Positions 42,271 through 54,730 of a stretch of 64,000 nucleotides of DNA are shown in pieces. The first letter of the stretch is position 1, and each line of letters opens with the position of its first letter. The stretch is from NCBI GenBank assembly GCA_964016885.1, contig OZ024740.1:115506001-115570000 (forward strand), written 5' to 3'. A program made the position numbers and the translations under genes. The stretch comes from Eledone cirrhosa (lineage: Eukaryota). Below the pieces are notes generated by a model. That model saw only the letters and a program-made list of their open reading frames with translations. It was not told where the DNA came from and searched no databases.

Positions 42271-42890
42271 ATATATATATATATATACATGCACATATAT
42301 ATATATATATATGAATGTATGTGTATATATATAACCTATTAGTACAGGAATGTTAATAGACAGGAAAATAGATCGATAGATGATTTGTGTAAAAATGCGA
42401 GTCAGAGTGAACGAGTATTTATGCATGGATAACTTGTTTTTATGTATTACATATAGTTTGTATTTGCAAATTTCACCAGCTTTCGTACTAATTGACTGGC
42501 AAAACTCTCATATATGGTGAAACTCTAACTAATTCTGCCTTAATGGGGTTCCGATTATTAGTGTGAAACAGAAATAACTTGCTTCCATCTTGAATTGAAC
42601 CATCTACCTTTTCTGTTTCTTAAAATATAAATAAATGAAGTAATGGAAAGTACAAAAATACAAAATAAAAAAATTCATCCAAACGGTCAACAGACAAATC
42701 CTGTCTTCTTCTTCTCCTTCTCCTTCTTTTTCTTCTTCTTCTTCTTCTTCTTGCCAACTTTGGTCAGGCTTAACATTTTGGATAAGTTTGGGAACGAAAA
42801 GTAAGGAAAATTCCATTCGTTCTAAATCAGGTTCAAATTGGAAGGTGAAAAAAAAAACATCAATAAATACACAAATAAACAAATACATCA

Positions 42891-42926
<36 letters not shown>

Positions 42927-43210
42927 AAATAAAAATAAAAGGTTTTGCTAACGCTAAAGGCTACATACATTCTTCTCTTCTTCCTTTGCACACCGCCACC
43001 GTTCTTCCGTTTCCAACTACTCATTAGACTTGTAGATAATGTGGAAAATCGATCTAAGAACCTAAAGGATGAGAATGTATCTATTGAATTTGTCCATCGG
43101 ATCCGTAATTGGAAGCCAGAATCTCGACCGAGAAAAAGAGAGGAGAAAAGAAGAGAAAAGAAAGTGGTGGGAAATGAACTTTGGAGAGAGAGAGAGAGGG
43201 AGAGAGGGGG

Positions 43211-43292
<82 letters not shown>

Positions 43293-43429
43293 GCAAAGCA
43301 CGGAATTCTCTGGAATATTATTATACATTGTCCACATAAAAGGAAAACGTTGTATCAATAAGCAGCAATGGCGGCAGCAGCAACAGTAGTCACATATCAT
43401 CAGTCAACTACCGCTTTTCTTTCGTTGAC

Positions 43430-43547
43430 TACTACTACTACTACTACTACTACTAATGCTACTACTACTGCTGCTGCTGCTACTACTACTACTAACGACT
43501 ACTACTACTACTACTACTAACGACTACTACTACTGCTACTACTACTA

Positions 43548-43578
<31 letters not shown>

Positions 43579-43592
43579 GAACTACTACTACT
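43430..43592. repeat. (CTA)n microsatellite
   Basis: Directly visible. Confidence 0.95.
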
Positions 43593-44478
43593 CTTTCACT
43601 AACAAACACTACCAATAGCATTCACCTCACTCACTCACCAGCCACATCCACCAACCACTTCCAGTACACAGAAAACCAGTTAATACCACCATCACGACGT
43701 CATCATCAATTACAAAAGCACAGAGGTAATAAAATCGCCCAACATCAAACCTTAAAACCGTTATAGTTGAAATATACATCAACCTGTAAGATGAATCTAT
43801 GAATGTGTTTGACCGGAAGCTACTGACACTGTAGTATTCAGATTACAACCGCTATCTAGCCGGGAAGCTCGAATATCTCTTTGAGAATAAAACAACAATC
43901 ACGACCTTTCTTTCTTAGTCATATTAGACTTTCGGCAACGATTGGAAGTGGTTCAAACTGTAATTAAATAGCCAAAGTAATTAGCAGCCATGTTCAAAAT
44001 ACATAAAGAAATTTAAAGCGAACTATCATTAGTGTATATGCTATAGAGGGCCATTTCGTTTTACAAACTCTTCTCTTGAATAGGAATCACAACAGAAGTG
44101 AGCAGAGTTGTTAATGCAACAGATTCCTTTCCGGTGTTTTACAAGCAGCAGTCACTCATTTGCGGGATTTCCTATAGAAATCCACTTTCCATGGATAGAA
44201 CTCGGTTAGGTTTTGGGGGGTTTTTGATTTGTTTGTTTTTTTACTTTTATTTTGTTTTATTGGTTAGAGGACATATGAAACCTTTCATTCAACAGATGGA
44301 AACAGGAAAAGAAAATGAAGTGTCTGCAGTGAATGAGAACTAAATATAGAAAGAGTTCTGAGCGATTTTTCTTCTTTTCTTTTTCAAAGATGGTGTTCAA
44401 TGTTTATATTTAAATATAATTTTTCAAGATTTTATTGTGAAATATATAAATACATGTAGTCCATGAGTATTATATATA

Positions 44479-44556
44479 CAGGGTGTCCCAAAAATATATG
44501 TACACATTTGAGTTATCTACTGTTGAAGTGTGTATATATTTTAGGGGGGTACCCTG
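44479..44556. mobile_element. tiny Tc1/mariner-type MITE
   Basis: TA-CAGGGTGTCCCAAAA ... TTTTAGGGGGGTACCCTG, imperfect TIRs. Confidence 0.55.
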
Positions 44557-44620
44557 TGTATGTGTGTGTATGTGTGTATGCATATATGTATATATGTAAG
44601 TGTGTATGTATATATGTAGG

Positions 44621-44689
<69 letters not shown>

Positions 44690-44930
44690 AAACATTTTTT
44701 CCTGAGTTCAGTTTTTTTTCGTCGCTATGGTCACTGTGGCCCGTCTATCGGTCGCTGTATTCGATTTGCAAAGCTATCTAAACGTAATGTTATAACTCTA
44801 GGGTAATATACCCTATTGAGTGCTTAGCTGCACACCGAGACTGCATTCGTTAGTTTGGCTGCAACCAGAGCTTCGTTGATGCGGTTCTAAATTTTTTATA
44901 TATATATATATATATATATAAATATATATA

Positions 44931-46462
44931 TCTTAAGGTTTGTTGGTTCACCACTGGATAGAACTGGTCATTCCGTATGGTCAATCCTGGTGTAATATTG
45001 TGAAGAGTACTCAACGCAGTGCAGTTCACCCATCTTCGTGTGTGTAGTTGGTGGTGCGAATACGGAGTTAATTATAAATGAAGTAACAGGAGGCTGGACT
45101 GGTGTAAATCCTTGAAAGGTTTATTATACTATGATCATTTCAATGACCGGGTTCCATATGAATCCGGTGATATCATCAGGTATTGGAATATAACAAAGGA
45201 ATATGTAAAAAGCCATGGGTCCGAAAAACCATGGGTCCGAGAAACCAGAGACAGAGAAGGCAGCTGACCAACTAGCTTCACAGCCAGCCGCCCTCAAAGT
45301 GTTGGCAATCGAAAAACTACCAGTGAATATCTGGTAAGGGGGCGCAGGCCTATCATGTACTACTACCAGCCGTCAAAGAAGAAGAGGAAGAAAGAAAGAA
45401 AGGGAGAAAGAAGTGTAGTGTAAGGGTCAAAATACATTCATGTTAGAAAATGCCGCGAAAAGAATGCTACCCAAAGAATCTCTAGTGGGTGTCTGTATGG
45501 TCTAATGTGTGAACCGAAGATTGGAACGCTAAACTTATGTTGCGAGTTATAGGATGAAATAAATTAAATTAAAAATATTATATTGCAAAATGGTAAATTG
45601 AAAAATAGAGGTGGCGTGATTTATTTATTTAACGAACTTACGGAGAGAGACTTATATGAAAAAAAAAAAAAAAATTGTTTAACTCGATAAGCTATTAGGA
45701 TGGGATATAGAGTAAAGATTTCGATTAGGAGTCCCAGCCAGCACACCCACCACCATGAGTCAGCCAGTCTCGAGTGGTATCGTCCAGCGAAAGAAAAGGA
45801 AATTAATTTTTCCGAGTACTCTAGGAACGTAAGTAACTTTGGCCCCGGGATCGCTAGCGGGAACCCCACAATTTCGATAGGCCATCGTCTATACCACGAA
45901 TACAATTAAATCACACAATAGGGGTTTATTTACGTGTCAATAGAGGCAAGATACAGCTAATAGGTGTACCCAAACCTGGAGTTTGTAGGTACAGGTATAA
46001 ATAGGCGGCCAAAACGAGCGGCGCGGTGGGACTGGGGCAGAGCAAGCCACTCCGCCTTCTCTGTCTCTGGTTTCTCGGACCCATGGTTTTTCGGACCCAT
46101 GGCTTTTTACATATTCCTTTGTTATATTCCAATACCTGATGATATCACCGGATTCATATGGAACCCGGTCATTGAAATGATCATAGTATAATAAACCTTT
46201 CAAGGATTTACACCAGTCCAGCCTCCTGTTGCTTCATTTATAATTAACTCCGTATTCGCACCCCCAAATACACACACGAAGATGGGTGAACTGCACTGCG
46301 TTGAGTACTCTTCACAATATTACACCAGGATTGACCATACGGAATGACCAGTTCTATCCAGTGGTGAACCAACAAACCTTAAGAAATAATGCTCCTATAA
46401 TGTTGAGCACTTCAAAATGTGATATTGAACAGCGGCACTGGTCCACCTGGTTCCTTACCACA
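44931..46462 (+). mobile_element. HHR fold-back element with 331-bp arms (44931-45261 / 46054-46384), non-coding interior and tail
   Basis: Near-perfect inverted arms. HHRs at 45126-45183 (-) and 46132-46189 (+). Confidence 0.85.
46132..46189 (+). ncRNA. type I hammerhead motif
   Basis: ATAC-CTGATGA-TATCACCGG...CCGGTCATT-GAAA-TGATCA-TA-GTAT, palindromic stem III. Confidence 0.75.
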
Positions 46463-46464
46463 TG

Positions 46465-46497
<33 letters not shown>

Positions 46498-46578
46498 CGG
46501 TTGAAGCTAATCGGACCCTTCTTCCGATAGGTTCGTTACCAACATATATATATTATATATATATATATATTATATATA

Positions 46579-46693
<115 letters not shown>

Positions 46694-46697
46694 TATG

Positions 46698-46796
<99 letters not shown>

Positions 46797-46797
46797 T

Positions 46798-46882
<85 letters not shown>

Positions 46883-46947
46883 CTGAAGCTAATCAGACCT
46901 TTCATCCGATAGGTTCATTACCAATTATATATATATATATATATAAT

Positions 46948-49370
46948 AAACACCAATGCAGCAATCCATTCTTAACGTCCCTTGATACACTAATAACTAA
47001 GATCAAGAATGACCCGCACCTCTTCGTCACCTTCGACAAAACCAAGAAGCTGTACAAGATGGACGCGAGTAAGTATAAAAAATGTATGTATAAGGAACTA
47101 CACAAAGACTACAAAAAGACACCCTCTAGTACCCTAAATGACATAAATAGAGTAGGGAACGATATAGTCACCAGCTTAAAAATAGAAAAGTACACTAACC
47201 CGTACGTCCCTCTGACGCCTAGATTCTCTCTTAAGGATCACAAATGTAACTTTAATGAAAGCCCCTCTATTAGACTAATATGCCCCTCTACATCTGATTT
47301 AGGTAAGATTAGTAAAGTGATCCTCGACAGAGTACTACTGGAGCTTAATAGAAAGGCTAAGGTCTGCCTCTGGGACAACACCGACTAGGTCATAAATTGG
47401 TTCACCGAGTTGCCGGATAAAGCGACCCTGAAGTTCTTCCAGTTTGACATAGATATTTACTACGCCTCTATTTCCCCCATACTCTTAAATAAGGCACTCG
47501 TCTTAACTAAATCTAATACTAGCCTCACTAAAAAAGAAATAGACATAGTTCTAGCGGCGCGTAGAATCATTATCCAGTACGAAGGCTCCCACTGGACCAG
47601 AACCAAACGTCCTGATAACTTCAATATCACGATGGGGTCCAGTGACTCGGCGCAAGCAACTGACCTGGTCGGGATATACCTCCTACATAAGCTTAGGGAC
47701 GAGATACCGGCCCTACAAGGAGGTGTATATAGGGACGAAGCCCTGTTTGCCGTTAGGAACCATAGCCCTCGTAGGATAGAGAACCTTAACAAACATATAC
47801 ACAGGTTCTCCAAGTCATACGGCCTATCCGTAACTATGGACCTCAACCACCAGGTTGTCAACTTCCTGAACGTGACCCTGGAGTTGAGTACGGGCTTATA
47901 CAAGCCATACCATAAGCCTGGAGAGTGCCTCTCTTATATTAATTATGCCTCCAACCACCCTAAGCAGACTCTCAACTCCATAGTCTATAGTATCTCACAT
48001 AGAATCTCGAGGCTATCCGCCAATGAGGATATCTTCAACCAAGCGGCAGATTACTACAATAGGGCCTTGATAAGCGCCGGCTTTAACCGAGGAATTTCCT
48101 ACATCCCTAACGCTAGCCCTAGAACCCCCCCCCCTCATAAAACGAACGTTATAGTAAGCCATACCTATAACCGATCACGCGGCAACCTCGTTGGAGTCGG
48201 ATATAATAGAATAGATAATCGCACTAAAGATCACGATCCCGGCGACAGTGACCACTGTAGCTTACTCGAACTATTCCCCTACTACAAAATCAACAAAGGC
48301 GACGGCCTACTACCAACACCTTCCTACCAACATCTTCCTGTACATAAACATGGAAGAAGGAAGAAGAGTGCACCCGAGCATAAAGTGAAAGGGGCACCTA
48401 ACGGGCTACAGCGCATTAATAAGAACGGTCACCTAGATGGAACAACCCGTAGCAAACGTACAAGGACACGTAATCGCCACCGTAACGTCCTATGGTTCCA
48501 CCCCCCAAAGCAACCCAACCCTACTCTCGGAGTGTGGCCTCCAACATACCCCGGATGTTCTTCGAAGCCTTAGAGAAGAACTTCCCGCCCAACCATAGGT
48601 ATAGAAAAATTCTTAATAGGAACAATATAAAAATATCATTCTCTACTACTCCTAACCTAGCAGACATCATAGGAACAACGTACCACAGTAAGATCACCAA
48701 GACACAGCACCTCGACTCAGACGCACCTACACCTGGCAATAACTATATCGGCCTTAACAACTCCCTGGCAGCATCCAATAGTGTTGGCAACGGCATCCGC
48801 AGACGCAACCAGCATAACCGCGAAATGACTGGGGAACATACAGGACATGACGTGCGGAATAATAATCGTACCACCCCGTGCGCTGTGGGTTGTAATGGTG
48901 CTAACGACAGCTGCGGGAGCTAAGATAACAACGTAGACAGCAATTGCAACTGCCGCGACAGAGGACGCTGCCTCCTTAGAGGATACTGCTTGACTGATAG
49001 GGTTATATATAGATGCACTGTAACTAACCACAATAGCGTTAAACATTATATAGGGGCTACCTCCGGCCCGTTCAAAATTAGGTTTCGAACACATCTCCAC
49101 TCTTTCACAAATAAGAAATTAAGACACTCCACTTCGCTCGCGGACGACATCACATTAAAGGACTTAAACATCAGCTTCTCCACGCACTGGGATATTGTCG
49201 GCAGGGCTGCACCATACAACTTCAAGAGGAAGTGTGATCTTTGCCTCATGGAGCTCTACCACATCATAACTGCACCCCACGAGCTCATCAACAGCAGAGC
49301 TGAAACAGCGATAAGTTGTATACATCGCTTAAAAATATCCTTCTTCAGATGGGTTAAGGATGAGGTGTGA
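46948..49370 (+). pseudogene. near full-length Hydra-like PLE ORF (RT, linker, GIY-YIG), disrupted
   Basis: FDKT..LY, LKDHK, FFQFDID, TMGSSDSA, YRDE (mutated motif C), VNFLNVTL, SNHP, LWFHPP, CNC, HYIGAT, CDLC. Stops at 47386 and 48921, frameshift near 48.5 kb. Confidence 0.93.
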
Positions 49371-49746
49371 AACCGTGTACCGGATCTCCCTGCAACAAGT
49401 TTTAACACCCCGGCGGGCAGGCGCTGCAAAATAACACCCAGGAAACTAACCATGCATACCAGACCCAGCCTCAAACGACCCAGGCAAACAGGTGCGGAAA
49501 AACAAACGTCTCAAAATAAGCGTTGGTTACATGACCCTGTGCGTATCGACAAGGGTAAGGTTGTAACCACATCTTGTAACGGATAAAAATGTGTCCGGGA
49601 AAGACTGCCCTAACACCGGCCAGAGTTACCTCCCTTGACTTGCTGCAAAATCAAAACACGCTATTTTTGCGAGCAATGAATCTTGACGTGAACCTAACCC
49701 CAAAAACTCTTTCCGAGCAATGTAAGGAACACTTTTGGTTATTTAT

Positions 49747-49784
49747 GCCCTTGAGAAGCCCAACGGGGCGAAACGTACGTAGGT
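49747..49784 (+). ncRNA. hammerhead-like variant (CTTGAGAA core) in PLE 3' region
   Basis: GCC-CTTGAGAA-GCCC(aacg)GGGC-GAAA-CGTACG-TA-GGT. Confidence 0.6.
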
Positions 49785-50220
49785 GCTGTTTTAAATAAAC
49801 ATGTTTTAACGGTCTATTCTCCGATTTCTTACTTTTCCACGTGCTTACGCTCTGCTAACTCTCTAGCCCACTAAATATTAACACTTCGAATATTTAATAC
49901 TGCCGGCACTAGTATCGAGCACCTTTGGCATACGCTACTTGGCAAATAACTATATGTATCACCTATCCTCCCTTTTTTTTTCTCTCTCGATACGTAAATA
50001 CTATATATATATATATATATATATAATTTTTTTAATTCATTTTTCCCACGAACGGTTTGAATGCCCCTCGTATATATACTTCGTTTTATATTTGTATGCA
50101 CCAGTTGAGTTTCAATTCAATTTATTATTAGTTGAGTAACGAATTCATTCATGCATCAATAGAAATTGTATAGTTTGCTAAATAAACCGACAGATATACT
50201 GTAAAACTAGAAATGTAGTT

Positions 50221-50983
50221 TGTAGCATAAGATGTGTAGAGAGTTAGTGTAGATATATAACCACAACATATATAGGTGAGACAAATCGCAGTTTAGGAGA
50301 AAAGATGAAGTAACACTGGCGAAAACTCCTGGACGAGAAACACTCGTCAGTGCTCTGCCAACATACCAAATTAGAACATGGTGGCTCACTAGAAGACATT
50401 GAAATATAATTATATCTACACACCGAACAGCTGCAATGCTCAGACACATCAAGGAAGCTACATACATAACTGAATGTATGTCTAAACTCAATAGAAACCT
50501 TGAATGGAATAACAACTACCCCTCAACCTAGCGACTGAGGACAGCATAGAATACAAAGAGAGAAAAAAAGTTACACAAATACACACAAGAATTTGGAGGA
50601 AAAACAAGACATAAAGACACACATACATGCACAAATGCACATACACCCATTCCAAGCACAGTAGCTTGAAGAATTATATTCACACACGCATACACACACA
50701 CACACCACACTCCACAAACGCACACGTATGCGCAAACCATATACACTCCTCAAAAAGACAAGATTGAGTAAATAGAACAAGATCAAAACAAAGGCGAGAC
50801 ACAGAGAAGCAAGAATATCTGTTGAGAAGGCCACAGGTTGTGTGACGAAAGAGCTTTTCCAATTAACATTTAAACAACTACCTGGTTACTAAACTAACCG
50901 ATGGGTGGTTTAATTACACAACTGAAATGAAATCACCTGGAGCGTGTGTTTTTATTGGCAGCATGGCTCTTTCAAAGTATAAC

Positions 50984-50986
<3 letters not shown>
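50221..50986 (+). mobile_element. decayed PLE 3' end (GIY-YIG remnant plus pseudo-LTR), relative of 883-1918
   Basis: TYIGETNRSLGEKMK*H...LNRNLEWNN. HHR-like TTGAGAAGGCCACA...TGTGACGAAAGAGCTT. Terminus TTATTGGCAGCATG...CAAAGTATAACAATA matches 1826-1860. Confidence 0.75.
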
Positions 50987-51016
<30 letters not shown>

Positions 51017-51019
51017 ATA

Positions 51020-51486
51020 TATGTAAATATATGTAAAGTTCTATTTAAATTGTTGGTATACAACAAGCAAATATTTTTATAACTGATATAAAGCACTCAA
51101 CAAATATTTGGAGTAAAAATACGATATTAACAAATGGAAACTATATTTATAAAACCATATTTATTTCATTATACATATTTCAAGGACACCAACTTAAATT
51201 ATGGTGTGCTTTCATCAGATAAAATATAATATAGATCAGTTCTATAAATAAATATTGACGTACCCTTAAAGAATGCAACCATTACTGTTGGAAGCTCCAG
51301 GACTATCCTGGAGCTTCCAACAGTAGTGGTTGCATTCTTTAAGGGTATGTCAATATTTATTTATAGAACTGATCTATATTATATTTTATCTGATGAAAGC
51401 ACACCATAATTTAAGTTGGTGTCCTTGAAATATGTATAATGAAATAAATATGGTTTTATAAATATAGTTTCCATTTGTTAATATCG

Positions 51487-51488
<2 letters not shown>
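51020..51488. mobile_element. fold-back HHR element (arms 51120-51302 / 51306-51488) with left tail
   Basis: 183-bp near-perfect palindrome with a 3-nt spacer. Confidence 0.88.
51384..51444 (+). ncRNA. canonical type I hammerhead motif (mirror copy 51164-51224 -)
   Basis: TTTTAT-CTGATGA-AAGCACACCA...TGGTGTCCTT-GAAA-TATGTA-TA-ATGAAA. Confidence 0.8.
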
Positions 51489-51519
<31 letters not shown>

Positions 51520-51523
<4 letters not shown>

Positions 51524-52204
51524 TTTAGTATATCTACTAACATATGCAAATACACAGGTTATGTCATAGTACCTAGGTGGTTCAATGCAGGAGGATGCAG
51601 AACAATAATATAAAAGACGTAAAATAAGAAAAAATTTTTTTAATTTTTCTTATTTTACGTCTTTTATATTATTGTTCTGCATCCTCCTGCATTGAACCAC
51701 CTAGGTACTATGACATAACCTGTGTATTTGCTAGCATTAGCGTACATCTGTACGCATATGTTAGTAGATATACTAAATTCTCTATATTTATCTCCAAATT
51801 ACTTATTTGTTGAGCAAACCTGCCAAAACCACTACTAATTTATTGGTGTGATAGTAGGCTTCAGTCATCTTACCATCCCACTCCTACCGACTAGCCTCAG
51901 TGTCACGTGATTGATTATTTAGAATCAGCCATTTGACCAGAGACAGCGAGCTTTTCAGTGCATGGAATCCAGTCCCCGCTAGCTGTTCCATCTACCGAAT
52001 TATTATTATTTTTATATGAGTCCCCAGTGTCCGCGCATTGCCTGGAGACTTAACTGAGAATAGACTCCCTGATGACGCAATGAATTCTCGACAGTTATAT
52101 TACGTAACTGTCTTTATCCCATTGCAGAAACTAATTAGTTGGAGTGAAAATTTTAGTAAGTAAGTTAATTTTTTTAAATTTTTTTTAATTTTTCTTATTT
52201 TACG

Positions 52205-52214
<10 letters not shown>
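51520..52214 (+). mobile_element. ORF-less 545-nt terminally redundant HHR unit preceded by an inverted arm (retrozyme-like)
   Basis: AATTTTTCTTATTTTACGTCTTTTATAT at 51642 and 52187. Arm 51520-51634 is the reverse complement of ~51642-51782. HHR at 52064-52145. Confidence 0.75.
52064..52145 (+). ncRNA. type I hammerhead motif, canonical core
   Basis: ACTCC-CTGATGA-CGCAATG...CATTGCA-GAAA-CTAATTAG-TT-GGAGT. Confidence 0.82.
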
Positions 52215-52263
<49 letters not shown>

Positions 52264-53782
52264 GAAATGAGGTTCTATACAAAACAGTGGGTATAGAGAA
52301 AAGATGAAGTTAGAAATAGCACGGGAGATATGTTTAAGGGTCTGTTTTTGTTTTTTTTTTATACGTCAAAGTGACATTATTGAAAAGATAGTGTTATTAA
52401 AAATATAATGTTATTAAAAAAAAGAGTTACAATTCTTTTTTGAAATTATTTTATGGAGTATATAAAGTGTATGGAAAAATTACCGGTTTCGATGTATTAA
52501 AATCCATCTTGTCAAATTCATGAAAAAAAGTTAATTAAAAAGGGAGTAAAAAAAGTGTTTAAAATTAAAATTAAAATCAAAAACGAATGTTTGAGTAAAA
52601 TTTCTTCCATCATTCCTTCTGAAAAGTTGGCATGGAATGAGGTCAAGTTGTTTTGTTTAATCTAGTGGTCAATAGTTCAAAAGGGGGTAGGGGGTTGTAG
52701 GAGTTGACTACTGTGGTAGGTTGGTATGTGTACATACCCACACACACATACATACACACACACATATGTATAGAGAGAGTGTGAGGGTGTATATACAACA
52801 GTACACACATGTGAGTGTGTGCGTATATGTATGCATAAATATGTGTGCGTATATATGTGTGGGGTTGTTGTGTGTGTGTGTTTTTACAGTTTGTCTGTTA
52901 AAGTTACTTTTGTAGAGGGGAATTAAGAAAAAGTTCTTTTCTCTTCAAAATTCAGAAGATTGGTAAAAGTTAAGAATTGAAATCCAAAGGATTCCCAGGA
53001 TCCAAAAATTTAAAAATTAAAAATTAAAGATTAAAGAAGTTAAGAGAGTCAAGAGAACTCTTCTAAAAAACTTCAAAATATACTTTTCAAAAGAAACCTT
53101 GAGAAGTCTTTCTCTCCAAAAAATCATTCTTTAGAAGAAATTTTTAAAAGATCTTAAAAGATCTTTTCAAAAAACGAGACACAGTGCGTGTATATATAAA
53201 AATGAATGAGTAAATGAATAAATATATACGCAGGGAATTAAGTAACATTTTTTTCTACAAAATTCCGAAAATTGTGTATGTGCTTTTACAGTTTGTCTGT
53301 TAAAGTTACTTTTGTAGAGGGGAACAAAGAAAAAATTCTTCTCTTTCCAAAATTCAGAGAATTGGCAAAAGTTAAGAGCTGAAATCCAAAGGATACGCAG
53401 AATCCAAGAATTTAAAAATTAAAGGAGTTAAGAGAGTTAAGAGAACTCTTCCAAAAAACTTCAAAAAGAACCCTTCAAAAGGAGCCTTAAAGAAACTCTC
53501 TCGCCAAAAAATCATTCTTAAAGAGAAATTCTTAAAAGATCCTAAAAATTATTTCCAAAATCGAGACACAGTGAGTGGATATATATATATAAATGAATGA
53601 GTAAATAGATAAATATATACATAAATATATACACACAGAGGCAATTAAGTAACATTTTTTCCCACAAAATAACAGTCAAAGGGTTCTCAGAATCCAAAAG
53701 TTTAAAAATTAGAAAAGAATTCTTAGAAAAATATGTTTTAGTGCGCGCGTGTGTGATGTGGAGGGGGGACTAATGAGGGTGA

Positions 53783-54147
53783 TTACATATTTAGTTTTGG
53801 CTCAAATTTATTAATAAATAGCTTTTCCTTATTTATTCTTTGTTGTTGAGTGAAAGAATCGGAGCACTTGTAAAGAGGGAAGATTTTAAAGTTGGGGAGA
53901 GTCATTCCTGCACAATCTGCAATATGACTGCTTAAGGGGATTTTCCTTGTGTTTGTGTCTCGGATTTGTTGGCGATGGATGGTCATTCTTTTGCGTAATG
54001 ACCACCCGTCTGTCCTATATAGTTATGTTGACAACCTCCACATGTGATTACATTGCAAGTGAAGTTGTTTTTCACTGTGAAAGTTTGGTCATCTTTGAAC
54101 GTGAAATTTTTCCCTTCAATTAAGTATAGGCATGTTCCACAGTTCGT
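53783..54147 (-). pseudogene. GIY-YIG endonuclease fragment with Cys linker (Neptune-like)
   Basis: NCGTC...NNFTC..ITCGGCQHNYIGQTG / RMTIHRQQI...SSHIADC...FKIFP...RINKEKLFINKFEPKLN. Confidence 0.85.
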
Positions 54148-54462
54148 TAACAACCCCACACATATATACGCACACATATTTATGCATACATATACGCACA
54201 CCCTCACACTCTCTCTATACATATGTGTGTGTGTATGTGTGTGGGGGTATGTACACATACAACCTACCACAGTAGTCAGCTCCTACAACCCCCTACCCCC
54301 TTTTGAACTATTGACCACTAGATTAAACAAAACAACTTGACCTCATTCTATGCTAACTTTTCAGAAGGCATGATGGAAGAAATTCTGCTCAAACATTCGT
54401 TTTTGATTTTAATTTTAATTTTAAACACTTTTTTTACTCCCTTTTTAATTAACTTTTTTCAT

Positions 54463-54505
54463 GAATTTGACAAGATGGATTTTAATACATCGAAACCGGT
54501 AATTT
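54463..54505 (+). ncRNA. hammerhead-like variant (TTGACAA core; mirror copy 52477-52519 -)
   Basis: GAAT-TTGACAA-GATG...CATC-GAAA-CCGG-TA-ATTT. Confidence 0.5.
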
Positions 54506-54679
54506 TTCCGTACACTTTATATACTCCATAAAAAAATTTTCAAAAAAGAATTGTCCCTCTTTTTTTAATAACATTATATTTTTAATAACACTATCTTTTC
54601 AATAATGTCACTTTGACGAATCAAAAAAGAAAAACAGACACTTAAACATATCTCCCTTGCTATTTCCAACTTCATCTTT

Positions 54680-54730
<51 letters not shown>

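Larger units (their letters stand above)
52255..54684 (-). mobile_element. Neptune-like PLE 3' end with inverted pseudo-LTRs (52295-52869 / 54149-54684)
   Basis: ~550-bp inverted arms, internal ~400-bp tandem duplication (~52875-53680), EN fragment. Confidence 0.85.

Noticed and set aside
43000-43140. VSIEFVHRIRNWKPESRPR, faintly like a LINE ORF1 motif or a host exon
   Set aside because: Too short, embedded in an ORF extended by (GA)n, and no supporting neighbours.
46948-49370. Selenocysteine/readthrough recoding of in-frame stops in the PLE ORF
   Set aside because: The stops are TAG and TAA, accompanied by a frameshift and a YRDE catalytic mutation, which indicates ordinary decay.
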